A DNA stretch of 64,000 nucleotides from positions 101,742,001-101,806,000 of the forward strand of contig NC_042998.1 in assembly GCF_006345805.1 (NCBI RefSeq), given 5' to 3'. The stretch is from Octopus sinensis (taxonomy: Eukaryota). Shown here one piece after another: positions 1 through 14,340 of this stretch (position 1 is its first letter; each line of letters starts with the position of its first letter). A program made the position numbers and the translations under genes. Under the pieces are notes generated by a model, which was not told the origin of the DNA, ran no database searches, and was given only the letters and a program-made list of their open reading frames with translations.

Positions 1-77
<77 letters not shown>

Positions 78-95
78 GTAATGATAATAATAATA
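1..95. repeat. (TAA)n microsatellite
   Basis: Direct taataataa run. Confidence 0.98.
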
Positions 96-639
96 ATTTC
101 TACTATATTTCCAAACAAGCCCTGAGGTTTCATGTAGGAGTGCTAGTCAACTACGTCAACCCCAGTGCTCGATCCCCAACCCTGAAATAATAAAAGTTGA
201 GCTCAGCAGCGTTTGAACTCAGAAGGCAAACCCGGAAGAAATGCCGCACGACACACTAACGAATCAGCCCGCTCACCATTTTTCAAGCTGACAAGTATAA
301 TGAATTACGGTAAGAAAATTTAAGCAGGTCACTACAGAGACCGGATGAAAGATGTTATATTATATATATGGGACCAAGATGAAATGTTATAAAATATATA
401 TCTCAAATAAAATACAATCAGGAAATTATTGAACTCCATTTTATTTGAAATATGATAGAAGTCATTTAAGGTTATTATTCACGCACAGGTGAGAAATCAC
501 CAGCTCGAACAGGTCAGAGTTCTCTACGTTTCTGATTCCCAAGCTACGATAACTAATCTTAAACGTCTGCTATACTATTGAGTGCTTCTCTATAATATGA
601 CTCTGTTTGACCTCCGGCAAACAATGAATTATATTTAAT

Positions 640-1250
640 TATTTCCTTTGTTGCCGTACCATTGTCTTTCTAAGAGGGAACACCATTGTGATTTCGAAGA
701 TGAATATTATTGTTTTTATCAGGGTGTTCCCTTTGGTATTTTTGTTTTTTTTCCCTGCTAACTGTGACCAGATTTTGGAAGACTTGTCTTTACTTCTTTC
801 ATGCTCTACTCGACGGTTTGAAATTGTTTCTTTTATCACCACCTGCAGTTCAGTCACAAGACATTGGAGTGAAAATGATGCTGTTCACAAGTTCCTTGGA
901 GACTAAATTATATTGCAACAGCTGTTTCTTTGGTCTCATATCCTGCATCATTTACTGACACTTGTAGCCAAAGCAGGAAAAATGTGTACTTCCTCTACTT
1001 TGTTAGGTCCTAGAGACGCAAAAGAAGTGGTGACATATTCATATCTGCTGTAACCTACAAAATCATATGGACAACTTGCTGTGGGAAGCTGAAAATCCAA
1101 CGTTTCAGACAGAGTCCTTCTTCAGGAAAAAGTCGGCAGGGGAGAAATGAAAGTGAATCAGCAGAGTTTATCCTTTTAGCTCGAACAACAGGCTTCAACT
1201 GATAAGGAAGACCACGGAAGTTCATACACAAACAGAAAGTAGTAGGAAAC
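640..1250 (-). mobile_element. Probable Penelope-like element 5' fragment (pLTR with hammerhead motif and decayed ORF start)
   Basis: Minus strand cctgaagaaggactctgtctgaaacgtt motif typical of Penelope pLTRs, followed by broken Lys-rich frames. Confidence 0.45.
1095..1131 (-). ncRNA. Minimal hammerhead ribozyme motif, core intact
   Basis: ttttc-CTGAAGA-A-GGAC tct GTCT-GAAAC-GTT-gga; palindromic AACGTT stem III; short stem I. Confidence 0.55.
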
Positions 1251-1261
1251 AAGCATTAATT

Positions 1262-1303
1262 ATGTGTATGTGTGTGTGTGTGTGTGTGTGTGTCTGTGTG
1301 TCT

Positions 1304-1360
<57 letters not shown>
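1262..1360. repeat. (GT)n-(GA)n compound microsatellite
   Basis: Direct sequence. Confidence 0.97.
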
Positions 1361-1364
<4 letters not shown>

Positions 1365-1825
1365 ATAACTGAATGGAATGTGAAAGAGTAACATGTGGAA
1401 AGCAAGAGTGAACTAAAGGGAGAAGATGAGTTAAGAGGGAAGTTGATGGATAAAAAAAGGATTACTGAACTAAGAGTAGGTATAGGAGTAGGAGGAAAAA
1501 CTTTCGTAAACACATTTCGGTGATATGATACGAAGTTCGACCATAAAACATCACTTTTCCCATTTCTTTGAGAATATACATCGATGTTTCATGTGTTTGA
1601 AGTTAGTAATGACAAGTTGGCCAATCATACTTCGTATTATTCTTCGAATGTTCTCTCGACAGCGATTAACAAGGCATCAGTCAACTTCTTCAATGTGAAG
1701 AGCGGCTCAGAAACTGCATAAGATACAAAATATTGAAGAAAGGTGAGTTGGAAATACTAGATTCACAGTCCGCTTTTTCTCTCTTTTACTGAATAATACT
1801 AGTCCTGTAGGCGTAGACCAACTCT

Positions 1826-1990
<165 letters not shown>

Positions 1991-2179
1991 TGTGGGAGAG
2001 AGGAAGCAAGTTTATGTGTATTAAATACTTTTCCTTCTATAATAAGATTCATACAGAAGTTGAAAAATTTCCACCCTATAAATAGCCTTATCTCAAACTG
2101 CAGAGCCCGAAAGAAACATGAATATCTCGGGCAGAAGCAGAAGTAGTAGCTCTAGAAGCTCCACTACCAGAAACAGCGA

Positions 2180-2480
2180 TGATAACAACTACAATATCAA
2201 TAATAATAATAATAATAATAATAAGAAGAAGAAGAAGAAGAAGAAGAAGGAGAAGAAGAAGAAGAAGAAGAAGAAGAAAAGAAGAAGAAGAAGAAGAAGA
2301 AGAAGAAGAAGAAGAAAAGAAGAAGAAGAAGAAGAGAAGAAGAAGAAGAAGAAGAAGAAGAAGAAGAAGAAGAAGAAGAAGAAGAAGAAGAAGAAGAAGA
2401 AGAAAAAGAAGAAGAAGAAGAAGAACAGCAGCACCACCACCAACAACGGCAATAATACTAATACTAATATTAATAATAAT
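2180..2480. repeat. (AAT)n-(AAG)n compound microsatellite with about 200 bp of purine-only tract
   Basis: Direct sequence; explains the poly-K/R/E/F ORFs. Confidence 0.97.
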
Positions 2481-2484
2481 AAGA

Positions 2485-2680
2485 AAAATGCTTTTCTATC
2501 ATAGACACAAGGCCTGGAATTTTGGGGGATGTGTTAAGTCGATTACATCGGCCACAGTGCTCAACTAGTACTTATTTTATTGACCCTGAAATGATGAAAA
2601 GCAAAGTCGACCTCGGCGGAATTTTAACTCAAAAGGTAAGACGTACCAAGTGCCTCTAAGCAATTCTACTGGCTTGCTGT
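2485..2680 (-). mobile_element. tRNA-derived SINE, degenerate (type B in this window)
   Basis: tacttattttattgaccctgaaatgatgaaa-gcaaagtcgacctcggcggaat block shared with 23770-23965 and, inverted, with 19550-19770. Confidence 0.75.
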
Positions 2681-2814
2681 TTTAATAATAATAATAATAA
2701 TGAGAAGAATAATAAAAATAAGAATTTCTTCGTTGTTCACAGGGATCATAAAATGTTTAGCAAAAACCTAGGAAAGTACAATGCTGATTTAGATAAACAC
2801 GTGTAAGGTAACAC

Positions 2815-3340
2815 GACATGTGAAAGCCTCAGCGCATGGTTGCGCATCATCAAACACGGCATGCTCAGTCCTCCATTCAGTGGATTTCGACAGCAAATGG
2901 ACCGTCTCACCGACAGAACATGTCCGTTCCGCAAACAGCAGAAGAGCTAGAGCTCATTTCTTGTCAGACAAGGGTAAGGCTCAGCAGATAAGTAACTTTA
3001 GATGAATGATACAATGTAGGAATTCACCAATTCAGCCTGACCATTCAGGTATGTTCCCTGTCGGTGATTTCTGGATGAGTTGTATTACCCTACACGTTCC
3101 TCATCCTAGTTATTGCCGCCGGGAGATCTAGACCAAACCAAACCAAACCATAAGCAATTTAAACGATTTGTTTGTCAGTGTCCCAGAACGCTATTGGAAA
3201 GCACGAACTCTTTCCAGGTGCCGAGATTCCGACACAGCAAATTCCACTGGCTAATTTTTGTGCCAGTCCACCCTTAAAGTGGTGCCTATCACCCCAAAAT
3301 GTTTGCTGTCTGACAATATTCCGGTGACCATCATGCCAAA
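2815..3340 (-). mobile_element. Tx1/L1-clade LINE fragment (post-RT region)
   Basis: PLNGGLSMPCLMMRNHALRL matches LMMRRHALRL at 46.1 kb; tccaggtgccgag shared with the copy near 46470. Confidence 0.75.
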
Positions 3341-4595
3341 TCAAAGAGAAACACCGGATTTACCGAGTTATGGGCGGTTTGAGCTGAGCAGCTGTGTGCT
3401 TACTTTTAAATCATGTCTACTGTTTTAAAAGATTACAACGATTACCACTCGGCGGTATTGTAATACTGCTTCTAACATAGCACAAGTCCAGAAATTTGAG
3501 GCAAGTAGGATTAAATTATTCTTTTTTAAATGCTAACTAAAAAGTCAGCTTTCTTGATATGCACAAATAACTTATAGCAGTATTTCAGTAAAGCTACGAC
3601 ATACAAGATGCGCAATTTATTGCCTAAAATCAGTAACAAAAGTGAAATTTAAATGGCGTTGGGGAATTAAATTATATTGTACATCTCTTCTACGTCGGCA
3701 TCATTTCTAGCTGGATAATACCGGATTAACAAATATGTTGGAGAATCAGATTTCAACTTAACTGTCAAAAACAATATAAGCACCCAACATATTCGTATCT
3801 ATTAAACAGTTTATTAAATACGTAAGTATTATTTTCAGCAACTTTAACACCAACCGAAACTTGTAAGTTTAAGTTTAGAAATGTAATTTCTATTAAAGTT
3901 TTTCAACAATTCAACTATAAATAAGCAAGTCTTTGTTATTTATACCTTCTTGTATTTACTTAGCTTTTCCATGCCCATTGACCCGGATATCGGCCTACTC
4001 TCGGAAAGCATTGCACTAAACCACTTAAATAACAGTGCGTCTATTTGTGTTAGTTTTGAATTTTGGTAATGTTTGCCGAATAACAACACTTTTAGGTTTG
4101 TCTGAATCAATCACAAATTGCATTTATCTGACTTTATTGTTTTTAAAATAGCTGAAAACCTACGTTCTATTCAGGCACAATAGCACCATCATTTTCACTA
4201 CTTTTCTAACGCCGTATTATTCACAATTCTCCTATAATGGTTATTATAATAGCATTGGAAGCCCCTTTTCTTAATGGATGCGCAACACATGAGTAGGTAA
4301 AGGCAAATAAAAAAAAGTACTTACGGGATGGCTATAGTTATTTTAAAAATAAATATAAACAATTATGAGAGAAGTCGATGGTTAGTGGCGACACGTACGG
4401 AATAAAACTTTGGACAACCAGAAAATGTGTATAATAATCGGGTCTAATATGTATGTTTATATATATGTACGTATATATGCATATATGTGTGAATGTATGT
4501 CTGTATACATGTATATACATATGTATATATAAGTATGCATGTATGCATATAGGTATGTATGCTTGTATGTATATCAACATATTCATGTGAGCGTG

Positions 4596-4662
<67 letters not shown>

Positions 4663-4752
4663 ATATAAGATATTATAATATATAATATAATATAATATAA
4701 TATATATATTTATATATACGTGTGTGTGTGTATATATATATGTATGTATATA

Positions 4753-5612
4753 CGAGAATTGATCAATCTGTATCCGGACTCTTGCCATAATAATGACGCT
4801 AAAGTACGTAGAGCAAAGCCGCTTGGCACAGATTGACCTTGTACTCTGCTGTGCAGGGGCACACAGTTTTAACGTACTAGCCCACTTCCGCTGTTTAAAG
4901 CAGTGTTTCGAGGGAAGGTGTGTAACGTGTGATCGTCGCATTGAACACTACAGAGAAAGTTGAGCAGAGAATCTACATCGAATTTTCTCAAAAGTTTGGC
5001 GATACCCGCTCAGAGACCTACGCAAAGTTTTCAAAAAGATTTCATCGTACTCGATACAATTAAGGAGAACTTTTACAACTGAGACCCGAGTGTCTTTATG
5101 TTCTGCTGAAAACAGCTTTGGCACACAAACTTGACAGACACACATCTCATAGCCATATCTTCAGTGAAAATGGAATGGACTGAATCGTAACTAATCTGCA
5201 CATCCTCTGATAGCTCACGGATGGTGATTCGACGATTTCCCCTCACAGCTACACGCACATCTGTGATGCTTTTCTTCCAAAACGTTCGTCAATATCGACA
5301 TTTTTTGGCCATGATGGAAACGCCTCAATCACATGTGTGCAACTCATATACTCCTGTCCATACAATATCTGCAACTTTGTGCATGACTCTCATCGCCACG
5401 ACAACTTTTTCTATCGTGATCAATGCGACGATCACACGCTACACATTTCCCTTGCAAGCAGTGCTGTAAATAGTGAAAGTGAGGTAGAACATTAAAACTT
5501 AGTGCCCGTGCACAGCAGAGTACAAAGTCAATCTGTGCCAAGCAGCTTTACTCTGCGTGCTTTAGTTTCGTTACTATGGCAACAGTCTGGATAGTTACTG
5601 ATCAGTTCTTGC
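4753..5612. mobile_element. Mariner fold-back element: two convergent 5' halves with about 210-bp inverted arms
   Basis: 4753-4962 is an imperfect inverted copy of 5401-5612; TA-cgag end; plus KVEQRIYIEFSQKFG and minus NRRITIRELSEDVQISYDSVHSIFTEDM transposase N-termini. Confidence 0.8.
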
Positions 5613-5683
<71 letters not shown>

Positions 5684-5939
5684 GTGTGCGTGTGTGTGTG
5701 TGTAAGTGCATATATAGATATATACAACCACACCACACACATGTTATGAGATTGGTTGAAAAGAACACGGGGAGATGATAAAACCTAGAACATGAACGTA
5801 TATTACTTTTAATCGGCAGAAGTAATAAAGGAAGTGAAAAGCTGCTGGATGGTACTTGGCGCACAATGCTGATATATATTTATTTGTGTGTGTATGTGTA
5901 TGTGTGTACGTGTGTGTGTGTGTGTGTATGTGTGCATAA

Positions 5940-6095
5940 ACTGGCACTTTGTTGGTTACGACGATGAGTGTTCGAACGGATCCGATCAACGGAACAAAGC
6001 AGCCTGATCGTGAAATTAACACAGACGCGCATACCTTCAATGTAGTAGCAAAGAGATTTAATGTCACACATAATGTGACCAGGCTGATCCTCTGA
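5940..6095 (-). mobile_element. 3' fragment of SINE type C (same family as 9015-9400)
   Basis: Reverse complement resembles aatttcacgagcaggctgttccgttgat..gtcgtaacc. Confidence 0.7.
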
Positions 6096-6418
6096 ATTAC
6101 AGGTAAAACTCATTTTGCCAGGTGAGTGGAATGGAGCAGCGTGAAATAAAGCGTCTTGCTGAAGGAGAAAACGCGCAGTCGTGAATGATACTGAATGCAC
6201 TAACCAGAAAGTTACGCATACTTATGTTAAGTTATATCTATATTTGTTTCGAACAACTGTAGATATAAGACATTACTTATAATGTACTTATATTTTCAGT
6301 CTGGTATAACGTTGTATCGGCCTCTTCTTCCAAATTGCAAGCTATGGGGACGAAGCAAGTAAAAACATATTTTAAAGTAGCGGTTGGGGAACAAACACTG
6401 ACACACACATGCATACAC

Positions 6419-6466
<48 letters not shown>

Positions 6467-6774
6467 CACACACACACACACACACGCTCGCCCGCGCATA
6501 CACTTGCGAAGTTAGTCGGAACTGCTGGCAGTTTCCATCTCTCAAATTCACTAACAAAGCATTCGTCGTCCCAATGCTGTAGTACAAGAAACATGATGGT
6601 GCCCCAGCATGGCCACAACTCATGAGCTGAAACTGGAAAAATAAAAAAAAAATTAAAATAACCAAGTTACCACGCAGTTACAGTCAGCCTGAAACCACGT
6701 GGTTGAAAAGTGGCGTTCTTAACCATATAACTATAGACATATATAAAATATTGTAGATAAATATTGTTGATAAG

Positions 6775-7140
6775 AGGCCTGCTTCCCAACCGCATGTTAG
6801 CGGGTTCAGTCCCACTTCGTCACATCTTGGGCAAGTGTCTTCTTCTATAGCCTCGAGCAGACCAAAGTGGATTTGGTAGACGGAAACTGAAAGAAACCTG
6901 CCGTATATATTTTTGGTGTGTGTGTCATTGTGTCTGTGTTTGTCGCCCCGCCATCGCTTACAACCGATACTGGTGTGTTTACGTCTCTGTGACTTAGAGG
7001 TTCGGCAAAAGAGACCGATTGAATAAGTACCAGGCTTAGAAAGTATAAGCCCTGGGGTCGATTTCTTCCACTAAAATGAGGTGTTCCAGCATAGTCGAAG
7101 TCATACGACTGAAACAATTAAAAGAATGAAAGAATGAAAG
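6775..7140 (+). mobile_element. Composite tRNA-derived SINE (type A)
   Basis: ggttcagtcccac B-box-like motif, ttgggcaagtgtcttct core, (gaat)-type tail; further copies at 9770-9900, 12225-12420, 13640-14000, 14180-14340, 29140-29460. Confidence 0.8.
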
Positions 7141-7193
7141 AATATATATATATATATATATATATATAAGTGTGTATGTGTGTGTATGTGTGT

Positions 7194-7227
<34 letters not shown>

Positions 7228-7881
7228 CGCGTGTGTGTGTGTATAAATATATTCCGAAGTTGGCTAAGCTGGCTGTAACTTTGAAGTCACTGCCAACATT
7301 CATTTTTAAGAATGATAAACTTTGCACTGAGTAACACATCAAACTAATGTAAAATTTGATTTTATTATAACAGAACATGAAAACACACCCACACGCACAC
7401 AGAAACAGACACAGACAGACAGACACACTTAGTGTGTGTTTGTTTAATAAATAAAAAACCGAATGCGCTCACACACACAGGATAGAAATTTCTTTCAAAA
7501 GGTTTAGTAACGTCTTGAAGAATTTACAACTTTTTTTGGGGAAATAATTTTAAAAAATCATTTTTTAAACTTAGTACAATTGTATCAAACACACACACAT
7601 ATAACCATATATACATATATTCATTCGTTTTCTGTGTATATCTATGTCTGTGTGTGAACCCATCTTCATGTGTGCGTTGTGTGTGTGAAAACAATTAGAG
7701 ATATATAATTAATCTGCTTAATCCATAACTCCTCTTGAAACCCCACACAGACCTGGTATTCTGAAAAAATGATTTCAATAAAGATTCAGGTGAACCTCAA
7801 AATGTGGATTGGAACTTTATAGCAGTCCAGAAATAGAGTGTAACGAAGATACAAGTTTACTCTTGCTTGATGCGGCACGCC

Positions 7882-7966
<85 letters not shown>

Positions 7967-8089
7967 AATGCTCGGTCACGCCCCGTGTTAAAACAATAAA
8001 CAATTCGTTCATTTCCTCGAATAGACTGGGAGGTCATACGTCGAGAACCATGGGGACCTGTATCACACGCACAAGCACACAATCGCATA

Positions 8090-8149
<60 letters not shown>

Positions 8150-8220
8150 TTACAAATATATATCGTTTGTAAAAACATAGATTCGAAAGTAGAAGTACAT
8201 GCTAAGATGTCGGAAAGTAC

Positions 8221-8407
8221 ATATTAAAATTGGGGGAGGCCGGCTAATGGGATGACCTTAGGTTTCCTGTCCATAAAAGGTTTAGCTTTATGGCGTATCG
8301 TCAGGTCTGTCCAACAGAATACGCTGACGATACGCCATGATGCTAAACCTTTTATGGAAGGGAAACCTAAGGTAATCCCATCAACCGGTGTTCCTCAATT
8401 TCAATAT
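8221..8407. mobile_element. Palindromic MITE-like element
   Basis: gggatgaccttaggtttcc..atggcgtatcgtcag mirrored by ctgacgatacgccat..ggaaacctaaggtaatccc; centre near 8312. Confidence 0.7.
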
Positions 8408-8771
8408 ATATATATATTTATATATATTGAAAGATTTACAGTCCCAGTGATGGATAGGATCTGTAGTCTTTGGATTAGCTTTCTCCTTTCTGGTCTTGAG
8501 AAGCCTAGTTCCTCAAAATTAGTATTTGGTCAGTGAGTTACCTATCCGAAGGCCACAATAATTACAAGTATAAACCTGAACATGTGATCTATGTAGAGTA
8601 ACTGCAGATTTCTCAATAGTTCAGCATAGGTGTTCTCTTTTTCAATGATCTTCAGCATTATGCTGGGCAGCTAATTTCTTCAACTGCACAGTTTCTCTGC
8701 TCTAGCCCAAAACATTATATCAGATCTGTTGTGCTTACATTTTAATGAGGTCTTCACTGGCACACTCTACC

Positions 8772-8772
<1 letters not shown>

Positions 8773-8802
<30 letters not shown>

Positions 8803-8856
8803 TGTATGTATGTATGTATGTATGTATGTATGTATGCATGCATGCATGCATATATG

Positions 8857-8890
<34 letters not shown>

Positions 8891-8951
8891 TGTATGTATG
8901 TATGTATGTATGTATGTATGTATGCATGCATGCATGCATGCATGCATGCAG

Positions 8952-8982
<31 letters not shown>

Positions 8983-9007
8983 TGTATGTATGTATGTATG
9001 TATGTAT
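8773..9007. repeat. (TATG)n/(TGCA)n microsatellite
   Basis: Direct sequence. Confidence 0.97.
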
Positions 9008-9014
9008 ATGTAGT

Positions 9015-9400
9015 GGAGGCGCAATGGCCCAGTGGTTAGGGCAGCGGATTCGCGGTCATAGGATCGCGGTTTCGATTCCCAGACCGGGGGTTGTGAGTGT
9101 TTATTGAGCGAAAACACCTAAAAGCTCCACGAGGCTCCGGCAGGGGATGGTGGTGATCCCTGCTGTACTCTTTCACCACAACTTCCTCTCACTCTTACTT
9201 CCTTTTTCTGTTGTACCTGTATTTCAAGGGGCCGGCCTTGTCACTCTCTGTGTCACGCTGAATATCCCCGAGAACTACGTTAAGGGTGCACGTGTCTGTG
9301 GAGTGCTCAGCCACTTACACGTTAATTTCACGAGCAGGCTGTTCCGTTGATTCGGATCAACCGGAACCCTCATCGTCGTAACCGACGGAGTGCTTCCCAC
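9015..9400 (+). mobile_element. Full-length tRNA-derived SINE (type C) with Pol III boxes
   Basis: A box tggcccagtgg 9025-9035; B box ggtttcgattcc 9068-9079. Confidence 0.85.
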
Positions 9401-9900
9401 CTTTAACATGTGCAGATTTGTACGTTTTTATGTATGTATTCTCATGCATATAGTTGCATATCTAGACATGCTCATATATATTTAAATGATAAACGGGAAA
9501 GTTTTACAGATTTTTCCAGTTGCAATGATAGATAGGATCTACGAATTAGCTTTCAAATCAAGCGTGTATATTTGCTTATTTACATCATTATCTCCGTATC
9601 AGCTCACCTCTGTTCCTCTTGTAGCCACTTTTTTTACATCGTGTACTTTGCACTGAGTGTAAGTTCAAATCATTTGAATACTACTACATGTTTTCTATAC
9701 GGTGTATTTTGGGATCTCAACTATTGACTCTATGTGTGTGTGTGTGTGTGTCTATGTGTGTGTTTAGGGGGTACGCAAGTATGACTGTGTGGTGAGAAGC
9801 ATGGTTTTAAACTACATGGTTCCGGGTCCATTTCCACTGCATGGTACCTTCAGCGAATGCCTTCGATGATGGAAAATGAAGGCAACTTATGTGGTTGTGA

Positions 9901-9932
<32 letters not shown>

Positions 9933-11182
9933 CTGTGTGTGTGTATGTATATGTGTGTGTGCGTGTGCGTGTGTGTGTGTAAATATATTCGTGTGCGTGT
10001 GTTTTTATGTAAGCTTCTTAATCACAGTCATGCATGCATTTATTCCTTTTGTATTGAAATGGCTATATCCGGCCCAAATATTCTACCAATTTTGAAATAT
10101 AAATTGACCATGTGTAGCCTCTCACAACTACTCTGCAATGCCATTCTAAAAATAAACAAACACCTCATTGAAACCTCAAAGCTATGAGATAATGCGTAGT
10201 TGATACGAAACAATACGAATAAATGAGCATTACATTTAGCAGAGTAATCTGAACGCAAAATGTTATAAACACACACACACATACACACACACACATACAT
10301 ACACACACACACGCACACACACACACACACACACACACGCACATACATACACACATGTATTAAACAAGAATACTATCGACAATGTCCTCAAAATTTCGGT
10401 TAGCTTCATTGGCCGAAACTTCGAAGTCACAGTCAATAATACTCTTGTTTAAGAATAATAAATCTAACGGATCCCTTGAAGGGAACTGAATTTGTAAGAA
10501 ACAGCGTTGAAATAATTTTGTCAAATTTAACTCACAACTTTATAGACGGTAATGAATATTGGTTAATGTGGTCAAAGACGGTATTGACCCAGTTGAACCG
10601 CACTTTTATCATTGTTGTCTTCGATCTGAGATGATTTACTTAGAAGAAGAAGAAAAAAAAGCGAAACAGAAGTAACCACAGGTTCCATAATACACTTTAT
10701 ATGCAGATGAACTTCTGCTTGCATAAGGCTTGCGTGACCTTTTGATTGAACAATAAAATTGTATACTTATGCATACTTCTGAGGTATGTTGTGTCTTTGT
10801 ATATGCATGTATGCGCGCGTATATTACGTGTAGGACACTCGTCTTTTCTTCGTTTTTCTTTTCTTTTTATTACTGCTGTTTTGCTTACAGATCAATTGAT
10901 TGCTTACATGGGTGCAAATCGATGAAATATTTTTCCACGCAGGTATTCGGCGTTTTGGACTCCAGTACTTTTATTTTCACAACCCGGTATCATCAAAAGA
11001 AAAGAGGAAATTCACAGGATTTGAATACTAACTCTAAAGTGTCCTATTACGCATGAAGATATTTGTACAAACATATACACATACATAAGCATCTACATAC
11101 AGAAACACATATATGTACCCATCCATCCATCCATCCATCCATCCATCTCTCTCTCTCACTCTTTCTATATATACACTGTACT

Positions 11183-11251
<69 letters not shown>

Positions 11252-11304
11252 ATGTCTGTCTGTCTGTCTATCTATTTATCTATGTATGTATGTATGTATA
11301 TATG

Positions 11305-11347
<43 letters not shown>

Positions 11348-11734
11348 ATATCTATCTATCTATATATCTATCTATCTATCTATCTACCTTTCTGTCTGTC
11401 TATCTATATATATATATATCTACGTTCACATATGCATATGTACATGAATACACGTTAATATGAGTTATATATGTGTGTGTATATATGTGAGCATGCGTGT
11501 GTATGCGTGTGTATGTGTGTGTGTCTGTGCGTGCGTCAACGTAGTGTGGAGCGCTTAACGCTTTGCTGGTTGTTACGTTCGTACGTGAATGATATTTTCA
11601 ACTAGACAACAGTGAGCATGCTGCTGTTATCACAGAAATGTAAACGTAATGGATCTCTTCGCAACCTTGTTTACAATGTTTATTCAAATATAGATAAATA
11701 CGACACATGCATATACATAGATAAATGTCCACAG

Positions 11735-11765
<31 letters not shown>

Positions 11766-11806
11766 TGTATGTATGTATGTATGTATGTATGTATGTATGT
11801 ATTATA

Positions 11807-11924
<118 letters not shown>

Positions 11925-12050
11925 ATTAATCTCCCTTTTCGGGCGTCCTAAAACCTAAAGCATAAGGGCGTGATACATCCTATCTTCTGTGCTTATGCCA
12001 AACAAAACACATATATTTGTGAGTGTAATTACACACACACACACACTAAG

Positions 12051-12082
<32 letters not shown>

Positions 12083-12150
12083 ACACACACACATATATAT
12101 AATGTGTGTGTGTCTGGGTGTGTGTATGTATGTATATATATATACATACA

Positions 12151-12213
<63 letters not shown>

Positions 12214-12483
12214 GTGTTTGTGTCTGTGCTTGGACCCCAACGTCGCTTGACAACAGGCTTTGGTGCGCTGACCTCATCATAAGTTAGCGGTTCTAATATC
12301 TACCGATCGACTAACTGCGAGTCTTACGAAGAATAAGCCCAGGGTTAATTTCTTCGACTAAAAGGTGGTGCTCTAGCATGACCGGAGTCAAATGACTGAA
12401 ACAAGTATCAGAATAAAAGAATACAATATATATATATATATACATACATACATACATACATACATATATTATATATATATATG

Positions 12484-12563
<80 letters not shown>

Positions 12564-13119
12564 TATATATATATATAATATATAATTCGTGCGCGTGTGT
12601 GGTGTATGTCTTTGTGTGTGAATATAGCACTTTGCTTATATAAACAAATAGATAAATTTTAGACGAGTGTATACGTTAATCATTACATTTTTTTAAAAAT
12701 CCTCACAAAGTTATACATGAAGTTGACTCAACAACATAGACTGGCAGATTGTTAGACACAAAATATGTATATGCAGGCAGATGTGTGTGTTTGTGTGTAC
12801 GGGGTGTGCCGGTGGGGTGTGCGTGCGAGGTGTGCATGTGTTTGTGTTTCAAACACATAGGCATCATGTGCGAGTCACTTTTGCATGTTTCCCCAAATAC
12901 ATAAATATTCGACACACAGACACACACACACATACAAACAAATACACACACATTCACATATAAACATTTCTGCTTCTCTTTTCCCTTCTTTCCAATGTAC
13001 AGCCTCAAGGACATGCACAAGCATGAATACGTGTACATATATATATACATACATACATAGGTATAAATGTAAATACATATATGTATATACATACAGATGC
13101 TCATATATATATAGATATA

Positions 13120-13152
<33 letters not shown>

Positions 13153-13157
13153 ATATA

Positions 13158-13246
<89 letters not shown>

Positions 13247-13639
13247 CACGACAACCTGCATGGCCAAAAACTAAAAGTTTCGTTTCACAATCACAAGTTC
13301 GATCCAATTACGCATCACATAAGATATGCGTCCCGTAAAGTGTCTTTGAGTCGACCCAAGTGAGTGGAGTTGGGTACATCAAGGGAATATGCACGCAGTA
13401 CAGTTGACGTGACACCTGTTCTTTGTTTGTGTGCTTTTGTGTAGTGAATATCTATTCATAAACCATATTGCATACACGCACACACACACACACAAATGAT
13501 ATATATTATATATATATAGACATGTGTGTATATGTATATGCATGTATATAATATCTATATCTATATATATAGCTGTATATATATATATATATATATATAT
13601 ATCATTCGATAATATATACAACGGGCTCCTTTTCAGTTC

Positions 13640-14133
13640 CCTCGAACGAAATCCACCCACCAGAAGGTTTTGGTCGACCCGAGGCTATAGTAGAAGACAC
13701 TTGCCCAATGCGTCATACAGTGGGACTGAACCCGGAACCATGTGGCTGGGAAGCAAACTTCTTACCATATACTCACATCAGCGCCTATTCTTTTATTCGT
13801 TTACTTGTTTCAGTCACTTGACTGCGGTCATGTTGGAGCACCGCCTTTAATCGAACAAATCGACTCCTGGACTTATCCTTTGTAAGTCTAGTACTTATCC
13901 TATCGGCATCTTTTCCAAACCACTAAGTTACGGGCATGGGATTACGGGGCACCCAGACACACCAACATCTGTTGTCAAGCGAGGGTGGGGAACAAACAAA
14001 GACAAAAAAATACATACATATATACATACATGCACACACACACACACACACTATTATATATATATATACATATATATATATACATATATATGTATATATA
14101 TATATATATATATAAACATATATATATATATAC

Positions 14134-14178
<45 letters not shown>

Positions 14179-14340
14179 ATAAATGCCTGGCTTCTTTTAG
14201 TTTCCCTTCGCTAAATCCACTCACGAGGTTTTCGTCGGCCCAAGGCTATGGTAGAAGACACTTGCTCAAGGTGCTACACAGTGGGACTGAACCGGGAACC
14301 GTGTGGTTGGGAAGCTAGCTTCTTACCACACAGCCGCATA
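13640..14340 (-). mobile_element. Two type A SINE segments separated by TA/CA microsatellites
   Basis: agaagacacttgccc..gtgggactgaacc (reverse complement of SINE head) occurs twice. Confidence 0.75.

Noticed and set aside
2118-2568. Poly-Lys/Arg/Glu ORFs
   Set aside because: Translations of the (AAG)n array
6293-6344. Minus-strand exon candidates here and near 10590-10640
   Set aside because: Good acceptors, but weak donors or stops in the needed frame
9015-9090. tRNA-like sequence
   Set aside because: It is the head of a SINE and continues into a shared repeat body
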